64,000 bases of DNA from the human T2T-CHM13v2.0 reference genome, Homo sapiens. Shown piece by piece: positions 1 to 16,924 of this stretch. The stretch lies in the NCBI RefSeq assembly GCF_009914755.1, contig NC_060929.1; one strand, written 5' to 3'. Made by a program: the position numbers and the translations under genes. How positions within the stretch are numbered: position 1 is the first letter of the stretch; every line of letters starts with the position of its first letter. The notes under the pieces were generated by a model that was given only the letters and a program-made list of their open reading frames with translations, made no database searches and had not been told where the DNA came from.

Positions 1-163
<163 letters not shown>

Positions 164-310
164 TTTAAGAGAAGAGAGAACATTCTAGACAGAAAGACAA
201 ACCCACAACAAATCTCAGAGGCATAAAGTATATCACTTGAGAGCAGGGTAGCAAAAAAATGCTGAAAAGGTGGGCAGGGCCAACATCTGAGTGTACTTAC
301 TACTGTTTCC

Positions 311-930
311 ATCAGGATGGGCTAGAGTGTGCTGCAATGACAACAAAGTTCTTAGAGTTCTGTGACTTAGCCCGGTAAAGGTTTATTTCTCACTCACAAA
401 AAGTCTAAGACCGCAGGCTGTCTCCTCCCTCCATAGCCTCTAGGTAGGATCTTTTCTTGCCTCATCTGGTTTCTGGTGGCCCCAGCTGTTCCTTGACTTT
501 CAGCATCATGCCAATCTCTGCCTCCGTCTTCACACAACCTTCTCTCCTCTGTATCTATCTGTGTCCAGATTTTTCTCTTCATATAACGACATCAGTCACA
601 GTAGATTTAGAGCCCACCCTAATGTCCTCATTTTGACTTGATGATATCTGCGAAGACTATTTCCAAATAAGGCCACACTCACAGGTGTGAGGAATTAGGA
701 TTTCAACATAGCTTTTAAGGAGACACACACATATAGCCTACAAGGTCACCACAGCAGGACAGGAAAGAGCTCAGGGAAAACACAGGATGTTTTAAGGGCC
801 AAGCGTGGAAGTGACTTCCACCACTTTTGCCTCTCTCCTATTGGCCAGAACTTGGTCAGTTGGTCTCGGTCTAATGCGAGAGAAGGGGAGTGCAGAGGAG
901 CATGTGAAGTCTAGTGAGTATCCACAGTGT
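311..930. mobile_element. Old MaLR LTR (MLT1K/L-like) interrupted by a younger MLT1
   Basis: atcaggatgggctag...aaggtttatttctcactcac at 311-400, resuming at ~745 with ggaagtgacttcc...ctattggccagaact. Confidence 0.55.
436..743 (-). mobile_element. MaLR LTR (MLT1B/C-like)
   Basis: gactatttccaaataaggccacactcacagg...ttaggatttcaacata is the reverse complement of the MLT1B/C 5' end. Confidence 0.75.
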
Positions 931-949
931 TCTCTGTGACTTCCATGTT

Positions 950-1445
950 CAGGAGGCTTCAGCTTTGTCCCTCAGGCAACAGGATGCCAAAAGTGTGGGG
1001 AGGGAGAGGGGAGGAGCGGGTAAAGTGAGCAGCATTCGGTTGTGGCCGATGGGTTAGACAGGAGCAGTCCAGGAGATCAGATGGGTGAAGACGCCATCGA
1101 AGTGACACAGAGGGAGGGTGATGAAGACCTGCAACAGGGCTGGATTAGTGAGAAGAGAGCAGGTGAAATCGCTTTTGGATTAGTGAGAAGAGAGTGGGTG
1201 CAATCGCTTTTGGATTAGTGAGAAGAGAGCAGGTGAAATCACTTTCGGATCAGTGAGAAAAGAGCGGGTGAAATCGCTTTTGGATTAGTGAGAAGAGAGC
1301 GGGTGAAATCGCTTTTGGATTAGTGAAAAGAGAGCAGGCGAAATCACTTTTGGATCAGTGAGAAAAGAGCAGGTGAAATCGCTTTTGGATTAGTTAGAAG
1401 AGAGAGGGTGAAATCACTTTGAGGAAATTTTCAGAGAACCAGACA
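950..1445 (-). mobile_element. L2 fragment hosting a minisatellite
   Basis: Purine-rich L2-like text: gagggtgatgaagacctgcaacagggctgg...gaggaaattttcagagaaccagac. Confidence 0.5.
1141..1420. repeat. 35-bp minisatellite, 8 copies (consensus TGGATTAGTGAGAAGAGAGCAGGTGAAATCGCTTT)
   Basis: Units start at 1141, 1176, 1211, 1246, 1281, 1316, 1351 and 1386; substitutions only, exact 35-nt period. Confidence 0.97.
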
Positions 1446-2049
1446 AAGAGAAAAGAGAAGGAATCATTTATCTGTCTTAACAATCCATTCACATCAAAAT
1501 ATTAGAGTTTGAGCTGAAGGAATGCATTCAGCTTTGGAGAAACTCTTCCAAATAGTTCGCAAAGTTTCGCAAACGTCCAAAACCAGATCATTTTGCTAAA
1601 ATTATCTATATAGTAGACACCACTGAAGTAAGTGCAGAGTTGCACATAATGAAACCTGGAGAGGAGATGAAGGGGCAAAGTCAAACCAGAAATCTCTTTG
1701 AGGACTTTCCTTCTTTTGCAAGGGGATCACAGAGAAAAGAACACGTTTTGGAAAAATACCCTGGAGGTTTCATGTTTCCACTTTGATGCCACTTCTGCAA
1801 GATGATGCCAAAAGTTCAGCACTACTCCTAGGGGAGTAAAAGGAACAAGCACCAGGGATGACCACGTCCACATCAGATATGAGCTAGAGGGGGCGGCCTC
1901 CCACGGACACGTTTGAGTTCTGTGTTCTCAGGGATAACTTCCCCCAGGACGCCCATGCCCTGCAAGACAAACAGCTCTCCAGGAGGAGGGTGTCCTGCCT
2001 TTCATGCACCCTGGCCACGTCCCTTCCTGGGGAACATGTGCATTGAAGG

Positions 2050-2600
2050 AATCTTTTGGCTTCCCTGGGCCACATTGGAAGAAAAAGAACTGTCTTCGGT
2101 CACACATAAAATACACTAACACGGCTGGGCCTGGTGGCTCACATCTGTAGTCCCAACACTTTGAGAGGCCCAGGCAGGTGGATCACCTGAGGTCAGGAGT
2201 TTGAGACCAGCCAGGCCAACACGGTGAAACCCCGTCTCTACGAAAAACACAAAAATTAGCCGGGCATGGCAACATGTGCCTGCAATCCCAGCTCCTTGGG
2301 AGGCTGAGGCAGGAAAATCGCTTGAACCTGGGAGGCAGAGGTTGCAGCAAGCCGAGATCAGGCCCTGCACTTCAGCCTGGGCAAGAAAGTGAGACTTTGC
2401 CTCAAAAAAAACAAAAACAAAAACAAACAAACAACAACAACAAAAAAAACACTAACAGTAACAATAGCTGATGAGCTTTAAAAAAAAAAATCGCAAGAAA
2501 GTCCCATAATGTTTTAAAAAAGCTTACAAATTTGTGTTGGGCCACGTTCAAAGCCATCCTGGGCATCATGCAGACAGCAGGCCACAGGCTGGACAAGCTT
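2050..2600 (+). mobile_element. MER30 (hAT-Charlie MITE) split by an Alu
   Basis: aatcttttggcttccctgggccacattggaag...aaaatacactaaca / atagctgatgagc...gctggacaagctt. Confidence 0.88.
2123..2443 (+). mobile_element. AluS
   Basis: Full dimer; TSD aaaa(t/a)acactaaca at 2108-2121 and 2444-2457. Confidence 0.95.
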
Positions 2601-3041
2601 CATGTACATGTATTTGCTTCCCATTCTATTATGTGTTCAAAAGGAATCAACCTGTACTTTATTCCTATAAGGAGTTTTGAAACACAAGGCTGAAAGGGAT
2701 CGATTTGTTCAAGAGGAGTCCCCTAGCCCCCTGAAGGGAGGCAAGGCTGAGGATCCCTTCCAGGTAGAAAGCTTTCCAGGCAATAGGCAGGACATGGTTG
2801 TGCCGCAGAGGCCTGAGGGCTCTGTTTGTGTGGCAGGGAATTCAGCTCTGCACGTAGTGGGTTCACGCTGGGATGCACATTCTTTGTCGCTCAGTCGAGC
2901 TGTAACCCAGAAAGTTAGCATTTGCTTCAGTGTGACACGGACCATATGACAACCATTCCTTCTCTTTTCCTGCTGCTGCATGGAGGAACTGCAGCAGGCT
3001 GACCTCCACTTAGGGAGACAAGCGCTCACATCCTCCACTCA

Positions 3042-3430
<389 letters not shown>

Positions 3431-3587
3431 TTAAATGATGTTTCAGCTAGAGTGCCTTGCTCTTTTTTCTTCTCTTTTTCCTCCCCACTTCTCCCATTTA
3501 AATCTTCCTTCTCACTCTCCTTTGGCTCAAGTGGATCCCACTGTCCAGAACAAAGTGTAAGGTCAGGAACAATTTTAAAGAATATTT

Positions 3588-3885
<298 letters not shown>

Positions 3886-3993
3886 TTGATTAGGGTATTT
3901 TGAGGGAGCAACACCTATAAGGTGTAAAGAAAGCAAAGCTAGTGATTGCACCACCGCACTCCAGCCTGGAGAAAAAGAGCGAAAGTGCCACTC

Positions 3994-4137
3994 TTTATTT
4001 ATTTATTTAAATAATATTTAAATAAAAATATTTAAATAAATTTAAATATTATAAATAACTATTTAAATACTTAACATAAATTTTAAAATATTTAAATATT
4101 TAAATAAATATTATTTCTTTATAAATAAATAATATAA
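3994..4137. repeat. Extremely AT-rich low-complexity tract (repeated TATTTAAATA)
   Basis: Almost no G/C over ~140 nt; preceded by a short Alu 3' fragment (3943-3985). Confidence 0.9.
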
Positions 4138-4350
4138 GTGGGAGCTAAACAATGTGTACTCACGGACACAGAGTGTAGAATCATATACACTGGAGACCCA
4201 GGAGGACATCAGGCAGGTGAGGGATGAGAAATTTCTTACTTGGTGTAATGTACATTATTTGGGTGATGGTTTCACTAAAAGCCCAGACATCACCACTAGT
4301 CAATAGATCCATGTAACAAAACTGCACTTGTACCCTTACATTTATACAAT
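4135..4350 (+). mobile_element. L1 3' end (L1PB-like)
   Basis: aagtgggagctaaac...atccatgtaacaaaactgcacttgtaccc. Confidence 0.85.
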
Positions 4351-4637
4351 TTTTTTTTAAGATGGAGTCTTGCTCTGTCGCCCAGGCTGGAGTGCAGTGG
4401 CGTGATCTCGGCTCACTGCAACTTTCACCTCCTGGGTTCACACCATTCTCCTGCCTCAGCCTCCTTTAGTAGCTGGGACTACAGGCACCCGCCACCACGC
4501 CGACTAATTTTTTGTATTTTTAGTAGAGACAGGATTTTACCGTGTTAGCCAGGATGATCTCCATCTCCTGACCTCGTGACCTGCCCACCTCAGCCTCCCA
4601 AAGTGCTGAAATTACAGGCGTGAGCCACCGTGCCGGC
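4350..4637 (-). mobile_element. AluY-like
   Basis: caccattctcctgcc and cgtgttagccaggatg diagnostics; TSD atttatacaattttttt. Confidence 0.93.
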
Positions 4638-5386
4638 AATTTATACAATTTTTTTTAAAAGAATACAGTATTATCAGGTCAAAGGCAAATGAGAAGGAAA
4701 GTAGGATGGTAATCATTCCCCTCTAGAAAGCAAATTCTACTCTCCCTTCTTAGACCCTGGACTTTTCAAGGGTAAGGACTTTGATGTCCATTGGCTCAGG
4801 CACCACAATGTACCTTGTGAGTATTTTTTACGTGGCTTGTGACTAACTGAATGCTTTCTGTACACCTCAGTGATTTGCACACAGTTAACTGAAGACCAAC
4901 AAAGGCAAGCTCATGTATCATGGAGCCCCACCTCTGTGTGATCTGCTGGAAAGCGCGGTTGTATAGGTGTTTTTCTGTCTAGCAGGGATTGTTGGAACAG
5001 ATTGGAAATGCCCCACTGGGATCTGCTAGACTTCCCTAGCTGCAGAAGTTATTAACATATTTTAATCACCCACATAAACACATATGCAAGGTTAATGATC
5101 TTTATGATCTCCTTCGACTTAAAACTCACCTTCTTAAAACTTCTCAGGGGCTCCTGATTTCGTTCCTGAGAATATCCAAAATCCTGAAATCTTCAAAGTT
5201 TTACATCAGCAGTTCTCAAACATTCTAATCTCAGAACTTGTTTAGACTCATCAAAGATATTTAAGACCTCAAAGGGTTTTTGTGTATGTGAGTTATATCT
5301 ATCAACATCTACCATATTAGAAATTTAAACTGAGAACGTTTTCTTTCTAATTATGAATTCATTTTTAAATAACAATAATAAAACAA

Positions 5387-5530
5387 TTTTTTTTGACAGG
5401 GTCTCACTCTGTCACCCAGGCTGGAGTGCACCATGGTTCCCTGCAACCTCGACCTCCTGGGCTCAAGCGATCCTCCTGCCTCAACCACCTGAAGTGCTGT
5501 GATTACAGTCATGAGCCACCACGCCCGGAC
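5387..5530 (-). mobile_element. Alu monomer (FAM/FRAM/AluJ-like)
   Basis: Single arm; TSD aaacaattttt. Confidence 0.85.
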
Positions 5531-5550
5531 ATCAAACAATTTTTGGGTGA

Positions 5551-5856
<306 letters not shown>

Positions 5857-5879
5857 ATAAAACAGTTTTTAATTTAGTA

Positions 5880-6060
5880 ATGTTTATTGTTTAAAAACAA
5901 TAATAAAACTTTTGTTAATATAATTAACATAAATATAATTAACATCTATAACAAATATAAAATATATAACAAATATAATTAACATAAATAATATAAACAT
6001 ATTATTTTGTTAACATAATTAACATAAATATAATTAACATAGATATTATTGATGCAAATA
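5880..6060. repeat. AT-rich degenerate tandem (ATATAATTAACATAAAT-like) inside Charlie1a
   Basis: Repeated taattaacataaat / tataacaaatata units. Confidence 0.75.
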
Positions 6061-6511
6061 ACCCATTTATGAAACCTAACTCTATGTTTCAAAGCACACA
6101 ATTTTTAGTGAAAAAACTGGCATTATTTTACATTTTTGCAAATCTCTTCATGTCTGACTTAACCGAAAACAACCGGATTCTCATGTCTACACTTAAACTG
6201 CTGTGATAAATTATGTCAGCACATCTAGAGAAAACCTGGCTTCTCACAGATACACAGTTAGAAAAGAGAAGAATACTTAATAGGCATTTCAGATAATGGT
6301 GAATATTCCTTTTTTATATGACACCAAATCTCAGCACATAGTCATTTATCAAAGGTTAGTTGCAATGTGAAATCTGAAACCATATCAGTAACGTTTTCAG
6401 ACTCAATTATATTAAAATCCATGAAATTATATTGTCCTTTGAATGGGTCTGTCACGCATACATGATTTTCTATCATCATGTCATTTGGAAAATATTGGAT
6501 CTCTGAGTTAA

Positions 6512-6852
<341 letters not shown>

Positions 6853-7627
6853 TTATCAAAACGATAAAATCACATTCATTAAATCACCCCCATCTCATCA
6901 GAAAAGTCTTCAAGTATTAGAGAACTATGCAAGTTAAGCATGACAGATACAAGTTTTCCAAAATTCTAGTTTTCATTTGAAAACTCAAATTGTATTATTG
7001 GCTACAAATAATGACTACTGTATTTCTTGAAGAGACAGGCTCCCTTTGTTCATTTTTTGAGAAAATACCTGGCAGGTATCCAAGTCTGAATAGTCATAGT
7101 TCAATTGTCTGCCATCACTCTTTCAAGGAAAGCTGGTATTCCATGAAGAAAGGGCTAGTGAGGCTTGCAACTCAATCGCAACTCAACTGCTTTTCCCTGA
7201 GAAAACTGCTGGAGTTTGGTATGCAGCCAAGCACTCAATGCATCCAAATTTTTTAAAGTATACTCAAGACAAGAGATTTAATAAATGAGTAATTGTTTTA
7301 CAACTTCATCAACATCCTTAAATGAAACTGGATTTTTTTTTTCTGCAAATGCAGGTGGTAAAGAATACAATGACACCTGGTACAGCCTTGGTGTGGGCTA
7401 AAGCCCCATCATTTTTACTTCCGTTTTGCATTTTGACAGTGAAATGTCAAAGTGATATAAAAAGCAAGTACCATCTTAGTAGTATTATGAAAAACATATT
7501 TGACTTCTCATGCTCCCTGAAAGAGTCTCAGGAGACACTAGGGTTCCCTGGTCTATGCTTTGAGAACTGCAGCCCTCCATGCTCTGACTTCTGCCTGCCT
7601 GTTGGCCCCATCCTCATTCAGTGATTT

Positions 7628-7930
7628 AACTTGGGCTCCCGTAGAAGCAGACCAGGGGACAAGGATTCAAAAGCAAGTAGTTGATTTGCTAAGTGACCCC
7701 AGGAAGTACTGGGAGGGGACTGTGAGAGTGGCATGAAGAAGAGAAGGAAACCAATGCATGATGTGTTTGTTCATGAGCGGTTTACCCCTGCAGGCAACTG
7801 GAGCTCAGTCCTGCGGGAGATGAAGTAGGATGGCCACAAGATTATGTGACTCAAGGGGAGAGGGAGCTGGGGCATTTATCCTCCCACACTCACTGCCACT
7901 GGCTAGGGGCTGCTTGTGGAGACCTCCCCT
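7628..7930. mobile_element. Old ERVL/MaLR LTR (LTR16-like)
   Basis: agaagcagacc...acaaggattcaaaagcaagtagttgatttg...gaccccaggaag. Confidence 0.55.
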
Positions 7931-7959
7931 ATCCCTTATTCACTGTGACTTGCTTCCCA

Positions 7960-8338
7960 CATGCTATTTGGTCTACTTAGAACCATCTTGTGCCTAACTC
8001 GTTGCCCGGCCAATGCCCACTCATTCTTTAGGTCTCAGGACAAGTGTCACCTGTAGAGAGACTGCCTTTTATCCCCACAATTCTAAAACAGATTCCCCTG
8101 GCACAGTCATTGAAAGCACACACAGTTTTTCTTCTCAGAGAGTCCTCCTGCAGTTTGTAATTCTTATATTTTTGTTATTCTTTATTTACTGCCTTTCTTC
8201 CCACTAACCCAGCATCTCTGTAGCATAAGGATGGGGACTGTGTCCATGATTTGTTTTCCACTCTTGCATCTCCAGCACCTAGAACATGCCTGGCACACAG
8301 TGGACACTCAACCAACACTTGTCAAGAGGATGGATGGG
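7960..8338 (+). mobile_element. L2 3' end
   Basis: ccagcacctagaacatgcctggcacacagtggacactcaa...ggatggatgg. Confidence 0.75.
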
Positions 8339-10644
8339 TGATAAGTACGAAAGTACATAAAAGGCACATAGCTAGAATTTCCAGTGGTGATTCAAAGCAA
8401 GTAATTCAGGTAATCATTCTGGAAAATTCAAGCACTCTGTTGACTATCCTCTTCAATAGCTGAGTATTGGTTCAAAGTGCCTGAAGGAATCACAGCCTTG
8501 GCCTGTGTGGGGTCGCAGCTGGATGGCAGAGTGTCATGGCTCAATTGCAGCCCCCTATTGCCTCCCTCTGCCCCTGGCACACTGCAGGTCCTATTTCCCC
8601 TATGAGGACACTGATCCCACAAGCACATGGGCATGTGAACATATGATACTAGAATGACAAGGAAAGGAAATACCAGAGAAAGATGTTCAATGTGTCCTTC
8701 CAAATTCTGACACGCACCATCATAAGCCATGAAACTGTGCCTCTCATGGAAGCAACAGTAAAATCCAAATGAAGAATGAATGAATGAGTGATGCATAAGA
8801 ACAAGCATAGGACAGTGGAAGGAACTTTCCTCTCTAGATTTCATGCATATTGGATTTTATTTTTCTACAGCAAGCCACTGTCTAAGACTTTTGTTTGTTT
8901 GTTTGTTTGTTTCTGGTACTGCTTATTTGCAATGCCAGACAAACAGAAAAACCCAAAAGAGAAACTTAACAGAAACCTTACAAATCATCTCATAACACAT
9001 GATTAGGGTTTTTTGTCTATTATAATTTTCAAATACATTGTCAGTAGAGTAGAATTTTTATAATAAAATCTAATTCCCTGATGTGACATTTTAAAAGAAC
9101 CGAGCTCCATGATGGACAGTAGGGTTGGCAAAGCCTTCTCTAGGGTTATTAAGTCTACTGCTGGGAAAATGCTAATTCGCCAAAACCTTTTTCAAGCTCA
9201 GGCCTATAGGAGACTCCATGCCAAATTTATATGCCCAGGTGCATGATTTCATATGTGCTTTGAATAATGGTATCTGTGCTCAGAAAATCAAACAGAATTA
9301 GGAAAAGCAATTGCCTGCGGGGATTTTCATTTTGTACTAGTGACATGAGATCATTCATGTGCCATGCCGTTTTAACAATTCAGCATTGTAAAATCAGAAA
9401 TCTTTCCTCAAATCCACTGTAGAATGTAAAGTGTTCATTTTCTTCCTATTACATGAAGTGAAGGAAACAGTCGTTCTGAAATGCAGGCAGTATCAAGGTA
9501 AATGTGGTGGCCATTTGCTCAGTGAAAAATACATGGATTCTTTTTTTCTTCCAGAAGAGAGACAATATTTGATTTTAATTACTGGTACAGCGTTGGAGAT
9601 GTTGGTTCCAGGTCAAGGAAGCCAAGTAGCTAAAATGAAATATGCTGAAGCGTCACAGGTCAAAGAGAAGTAAACACACATAAAAATGGGAATGGAAATA
9701 CAATAAATGACCACACATAACCTATCCTACTCACTCATTGCAGAACTGACGTTGCTTCTCTCATAAACCTCAAAGCCTGCTTTCAGGTTTCATCAAATAT
9801 CTAGGGCTCCAATATCCCAGGAATGGTTTCCTCAGGCAGGCCATAGATTGCAAACCATCCCAGCCTCAAGGGGAGAAACGAGAAGGGCGTGGCTGCTAGC
9901 CAAAAGGAAGCCCCGGACCACTGTGTGCCGTTATCTTTCATGGTCCTTGGGTTTAAGTTTGCACCTGGCTGCCCAGGACCTGCTGAGAGATGAATGGGTA
10001 AGCTCACATTTGGAAATCACAGGGGAAGATGTCACGAGTCTCTCTAAAGGGAGGCTACAGAATGTTAATAGGTGGGAGAGGCCCCTTAAAAGAGCTTTTA
10101 CAGCATCCCTGAGACTTGCTGCCCTTGTAGAGTAACACCCTGGCATCTGCTTAACGTACACTTAAGTCTTTACAAGCTCAGGCTCCTAATCACAATTAAC
10201 AGCATCCTTCCACTTCTCCTAAAAGCCTGACATTTGGTACCTCAGTCCTCCTTCCTTCTCATTGTCCTCCCCTGTGGCTTCCTTCCTCATGGGTCCCCTG
10301 ATGCTAGTATCCCCACAGCCTGACTCACCTCACTCCCATGCCCTCTCAGAAGCCAGCTCGCCCATTGACGGGGCAGCAGCTGGATCTGCCATGGCCACTA
10401 GGAACTCAGAGACCCAAGGGGAGTGAACTCCACTTTATAAACCTATAACCTCGGCCCAGAAATATTTCCAAGCCCCAAAGGGCTAATTTGCCCCACTTCC
10501 CACCTCCACAATCAGTAGACTTTCAGCTCTTTTTAGTATTAGGAAAAGAACCAAAATAGTCTCCAAAAGCTGACACCTCCCGGTGGAAGCCTTGGCACAG
10601 ATGCTCACAAAACAACTCGTAGCCTCACCAAGAGCTCTGTGCCT

Positions 10645-10865
10645 TGGTGCCTGCCACGCACCAAGCTCTGTGGTGAGCTTTTAATACATATTGACTGATA
10701 TAAACCTCACAGCAACATTATGGGTCAAATGAACTGTTCTAATGCATGCCCATTTTAAAGATGAGGAAATAGAGGATGAGAGAGGTTGAGAACTTGCACA
10801 AACAGCACGGCCAGAAAGTGGCAGAGCTTGGATTCCAAGCAGGATGGTCGGTCTCTGGAACCTGG
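10645..10865 (-). mobile_element. MIR
   Basis: cccattttaaagatgaggaaatagagg (MIR core, reverse complement). Confidence 0.8.
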
Positions 10866-11082
10866 CTGCCAAAGCCAAGACAGGGTCAAAGGATGGTGAG
10901 ATAAGAGAACAAAGCCTTCAGATTTCTGGTTTATATTCAGTCATTATTTCTTTTTAAGAAAAGCTCCAATTCCTATTTTAATCATTTATTTAAATGACTA
11001 AGCATGTATTAAGCACTTAGGGTTTGGGACTTAAAGGCTTCACAAAACTAATCAAACATTTATAAGTAAGTATGCTGTATTC

Positions 11083-11447
<365 letters not shown>

Positions 11448-11746
11448 CTATCTGTGAACCTGTGGAAACTTCCCACTTCTTAAGAACAGACAATTACTAA
11501 TTGCACCACAAGGATCCCTGCCACCATCCCTCACTCTTGAGTGTGTAATACACTTGCTTGTTGAGGTGACCACCAGGGCCTAATCACCATTCTTAAAGCA
11601 ATGTAATTAGTCATGAGTAATGAGGGTCTAAGTTGGAGTGTTGCCTAGTTAGAAAGAATGTTTTTGAAAAAAATTACAAAAGAACAGATTGCATAACTGG
11701 ATATTAGGGATAAAGGAGACAATCCAATTTCAAGTCCACAAATATT

Positions 11747-12069
11747 GGCTGGGTGCAGGGGCTCACGCCTGCAATCCCAACACTTTGGGAAGCCAAGATG
11801 TGGGATTGCTTGAGCCCAGGACTTAGAGACCAGCCTGGGCAACATATGAGACCCCATCTCTACAGAAAGTTTGGAAAAAAAAAAATTAGCCGAGTGTGGT
11901 GGGTTTGTTCTGTAGTCCCAGGCGCTCAGGAAGCTGAGGTGGTAAGATCTCTTGAGCCCAGAAGTTCGAGGCTGCAGTGAGCCATGATTGTGCCACTGCA
12001 CTCTGGCCTTGGCAACAGAGTGAGACCTTGTCTCAAAAAACAAGACAAAACAAACAAACAAACAAAAAA
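11747..12069 (+). mobile_element. AluJ
   Basis: Dimer; TSD cacaaatatt. Confidence 0.92.
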
Positions 12070-12260
12070 CACAAATATTTATTGAGCATTTTCTTCATGT
12101 AATGACTTGTACAAAGATCATCTAGAGATGTCCCTGACCTCAAGGTACTTACATAACATAAGAATGTAGAGAGCAGGGAGATAAGACAAGCAAACAAATA
12201 ATACTGCAAATTAGATTAATCATGTTGTGACAGTTGCACAGGGGAACACTAGGAGGGAGG
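12070..12260 (-). mobile_element. L2 3' end
   Basis: aaatatttattgagc...gtccctgacctcaagg. Confidence 0.6.
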
Positions 12261-12780
12261 GTCTCATACAGTTTGGGGCTAACGAATGATATTTTAGGAA
12301 CCTTTATGGGCATGGAAGGGATGATGGGTATGCGAACCTCTCACTGCCCTCCCCTTGGCCTAGACTGAAGTTGGAAGTTCAAGTCCACACCCACCATCGC
12401 TGGAGGCTGGTGGAACGATGCTGGTGGGTCACCCCTCGGCCGGAGTTCTCTGCTGTTCCTGGCTCCATCCAACCACTTCTATCTGGGAGCTCTGGAGTCA
12501 CAAGCAAAGGGCACGGATTGCTACTGGAGGTGTTCAGGTCCTTACAGAAACCCAGGGAAACTCAGCCTCTTGTTAGAGAAGCCAGCATCCCCAGGAATGT
12601 GAGATGAAGAGGGGTGCTGTGCATGACATCCATGGGAATGAAACAGAACACTAATCTAGAAGCAAGAGCAAGTAGGAGTTAGAAAACATCAGTTCCTAAA
12701 TGACTAACCCACTTCCTACGCAGATTGCATAGTGAAAAGACTGCTGCGTTAGTAGGAGGTTTAAGAGATTAGGCATACCC

Positions 12781-13085
<305 letters not shown>

Positions 13086-13890
13086 GAGATTAGGCATACC
13101 CATTGTGTTTCTGGCTGATGCTCTCATACGAGTTCTGTTCTAACACATTCACTGAAGTTTCCATGTTGCATTCAGACAGATGACATTCATCTCCTGCAAC
13201 AGTCAAGAGAATGTCCAAATTCTTCATTTTATTTGATTATGATTTTTTTAAAGAGACCATTGCCAGGGGCTTTGGAATCTTCTTAATGTACAAAGGTAAC
13301 AGCAAATACAGGAATTGATGGTCTCTATGTCTCACCATTCATTTATAATTTTCTTCCTGGAAAAAAAAAAAGCTTCCAGGAATTAGTGTCTAGTGTATGA
13401 TAATTATGTGCCTGTTTTGTATAAGGTGGAATCTGCAGGTAACATCTTTTCTGTTATGATGAATACCACTTAAATGGCTTGAGGTGGTCAATTAATGAAC
13501 AATGCAATTTTTGTGTATCAGTCAATTTTCCAAATTATGATACGTTATAATATCATCAACTTGGAATTCTCATGTAAGAGTCAGTAATATATGTTTGGGT
13601 CCACAGTTCCTCAGAGTGCACATGAAAATATTATTAAACCTGAGTTATTGAGCTTACGGGCTACATTTTCATCTAAATTAATACAATTCAGCCCGAAGGC
13701 AAAAGAATGTATTAAACCAGAGCTCCTAGGAGAAATGGCTAATTCCAGGACTGGAGCAAGAAACTACAGCATGAGCCTGCAACAACCTGTTTTGCCAAAA
13801 AGTAAGGAAAGTAAGGATATGATCAAAAGGACATACGATCCTGTATAAAGGGGCTCCTACCTGGCCAAATCGGGGACACTTTGAGCATCA

Positions 13891-14212
<322 letters not shown>

Positions 14213-14704
14213 TGCATCCTATCCTGGCATCCATTGAATCAAATAAGAATGGGAAAGTCCATACTGATTTAAAAATAAATGGGAGAAAAAAAAGAACATG
14301 CTTTCTCATAGTAAAATGCAAACTAATAAATGTAGAAAAAACAGAAGTAGAAAATCACTCTTTTATAACCATCCTGGTAATAATTGATTCAAGTAGGAAT
14401 TATCAATGGCTGTGAAAAGTAGAGTAAGTGTGTGACAAACAATAGGATATTTCTATATTCTCAAAGTATTTCCCGACAGATTGCTTATAAATTACAAAGG
14501 AGAAAATAATGATTTCTAGGGAAGAAACCTGACAAGATGTCACCCTAATCAACAGATCAAAGTTGACAGGACAGACTGACATGACTACCGTGCCTTCAGA
14601 TGTGATATGATGGGAAGAGCACAATGTCACTCATACAGTGTTTTGTCCAAAATGCATAACCTGAATGAGATCATGAGGAAACATCAGAAAAAAACAAACT
14701 GAGG

Positions 14705-15139
<435 letters not shown>

Positions 15140-15616
15140 CTACAATTTTTTTAAAGTGATAACATGAAGAATAAAAAAGCTGACAAACTGTTCCAGATTA
15201 AAGGTAAGTAAAAAATCATTATCACTAAAGGCAATTTGAGCTTTCGATTTGGCTCAGGATTGTGGGGAAAGGAGGTGGGGTGGGGAAAAGAGGTGGAGGA
15301 CATGAGTTGCCACAAAATTATTGAAACAATTGGTGAGATCTAAACACAGACTCCAGTAGATAATTACATTGTATGAATGTTAAATTTCCTGGATCCCATA
15401 TTTGTACTGTGGCTATATAACAGACCCTCCTTGTTCTTAGGAGTATACTCTGGAGCATTTATAAAGGGACATGATATCTGCAACTATCTCTCAAATGGTT
15501 CAGAAAAAGCGAATGTGGCAAAATGTTAACAATTGGTCAATCTGGGCAAAATGCATACTAATGTTCTTTGTACTATTTTGGCAATTCTTCCAAACATTTG
15601 AAATTATTAAATGATC

Positions 15617-15713
15617 CCTTAGCACCCCCTCCAGTCATGTTGTTCTATGCGTCTACAATATTTCTTTTGATGATGGTAACAGCACCACCTCAGGATTTCT
15701 TACTGGTATGACC
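15617..15713 (+). repeat. 97-bp dispersed direct repeat, copy 2 (probable donor)
   Basis: ccttagcacc...ctggtatgacc. Confidence 0.95.
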
Positions 15714-15734
15714 ACTGCCTTACAGATTTTACAC

Positions 15735-15835
15735 TACAATATCTCATGGCATTTTCACCACAATGCAGTGAGGCAATTACTATTGTCCCAATTGTACTGA
15801 TGAGAAAAATGGAGGCTTGGAAAGGCCAAATAATA
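15735..15835 (-). mobile_element. MIR fragment
   Basis: tactattgtcccaattgtactgatgagaaaaatggaggctt. Confidence 0.55.
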
Positions 15836-15844
15836 ATATGTAAA

Positions 15845-16549
<705 letters not shown>

Positions 16550-16591
16550 ACTAACATGTTTGAAATCACAAAGATAGCAAGAATTGGAGCC

Positions 16592-16924
<333 letters not shown>

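Noticed and set aside
1141-1420. CRISPR-like array (35-bp repeats)
   Set aside because: Units are directly adjacent with no unique spacers, the context is primate DNA and there are no cas genes; it is a minisatellite
9490-10010. Isolated splice-donor matches (AAG|GTAAAT, TGG|GTAAGC; others at ~13438, 17449, 50812, 53280)
   Set aside because: Expected by chance in 64 kb; no consistent acceptor-donor-frame structure. A spliced lncRNA cannot be excluded without RNA data
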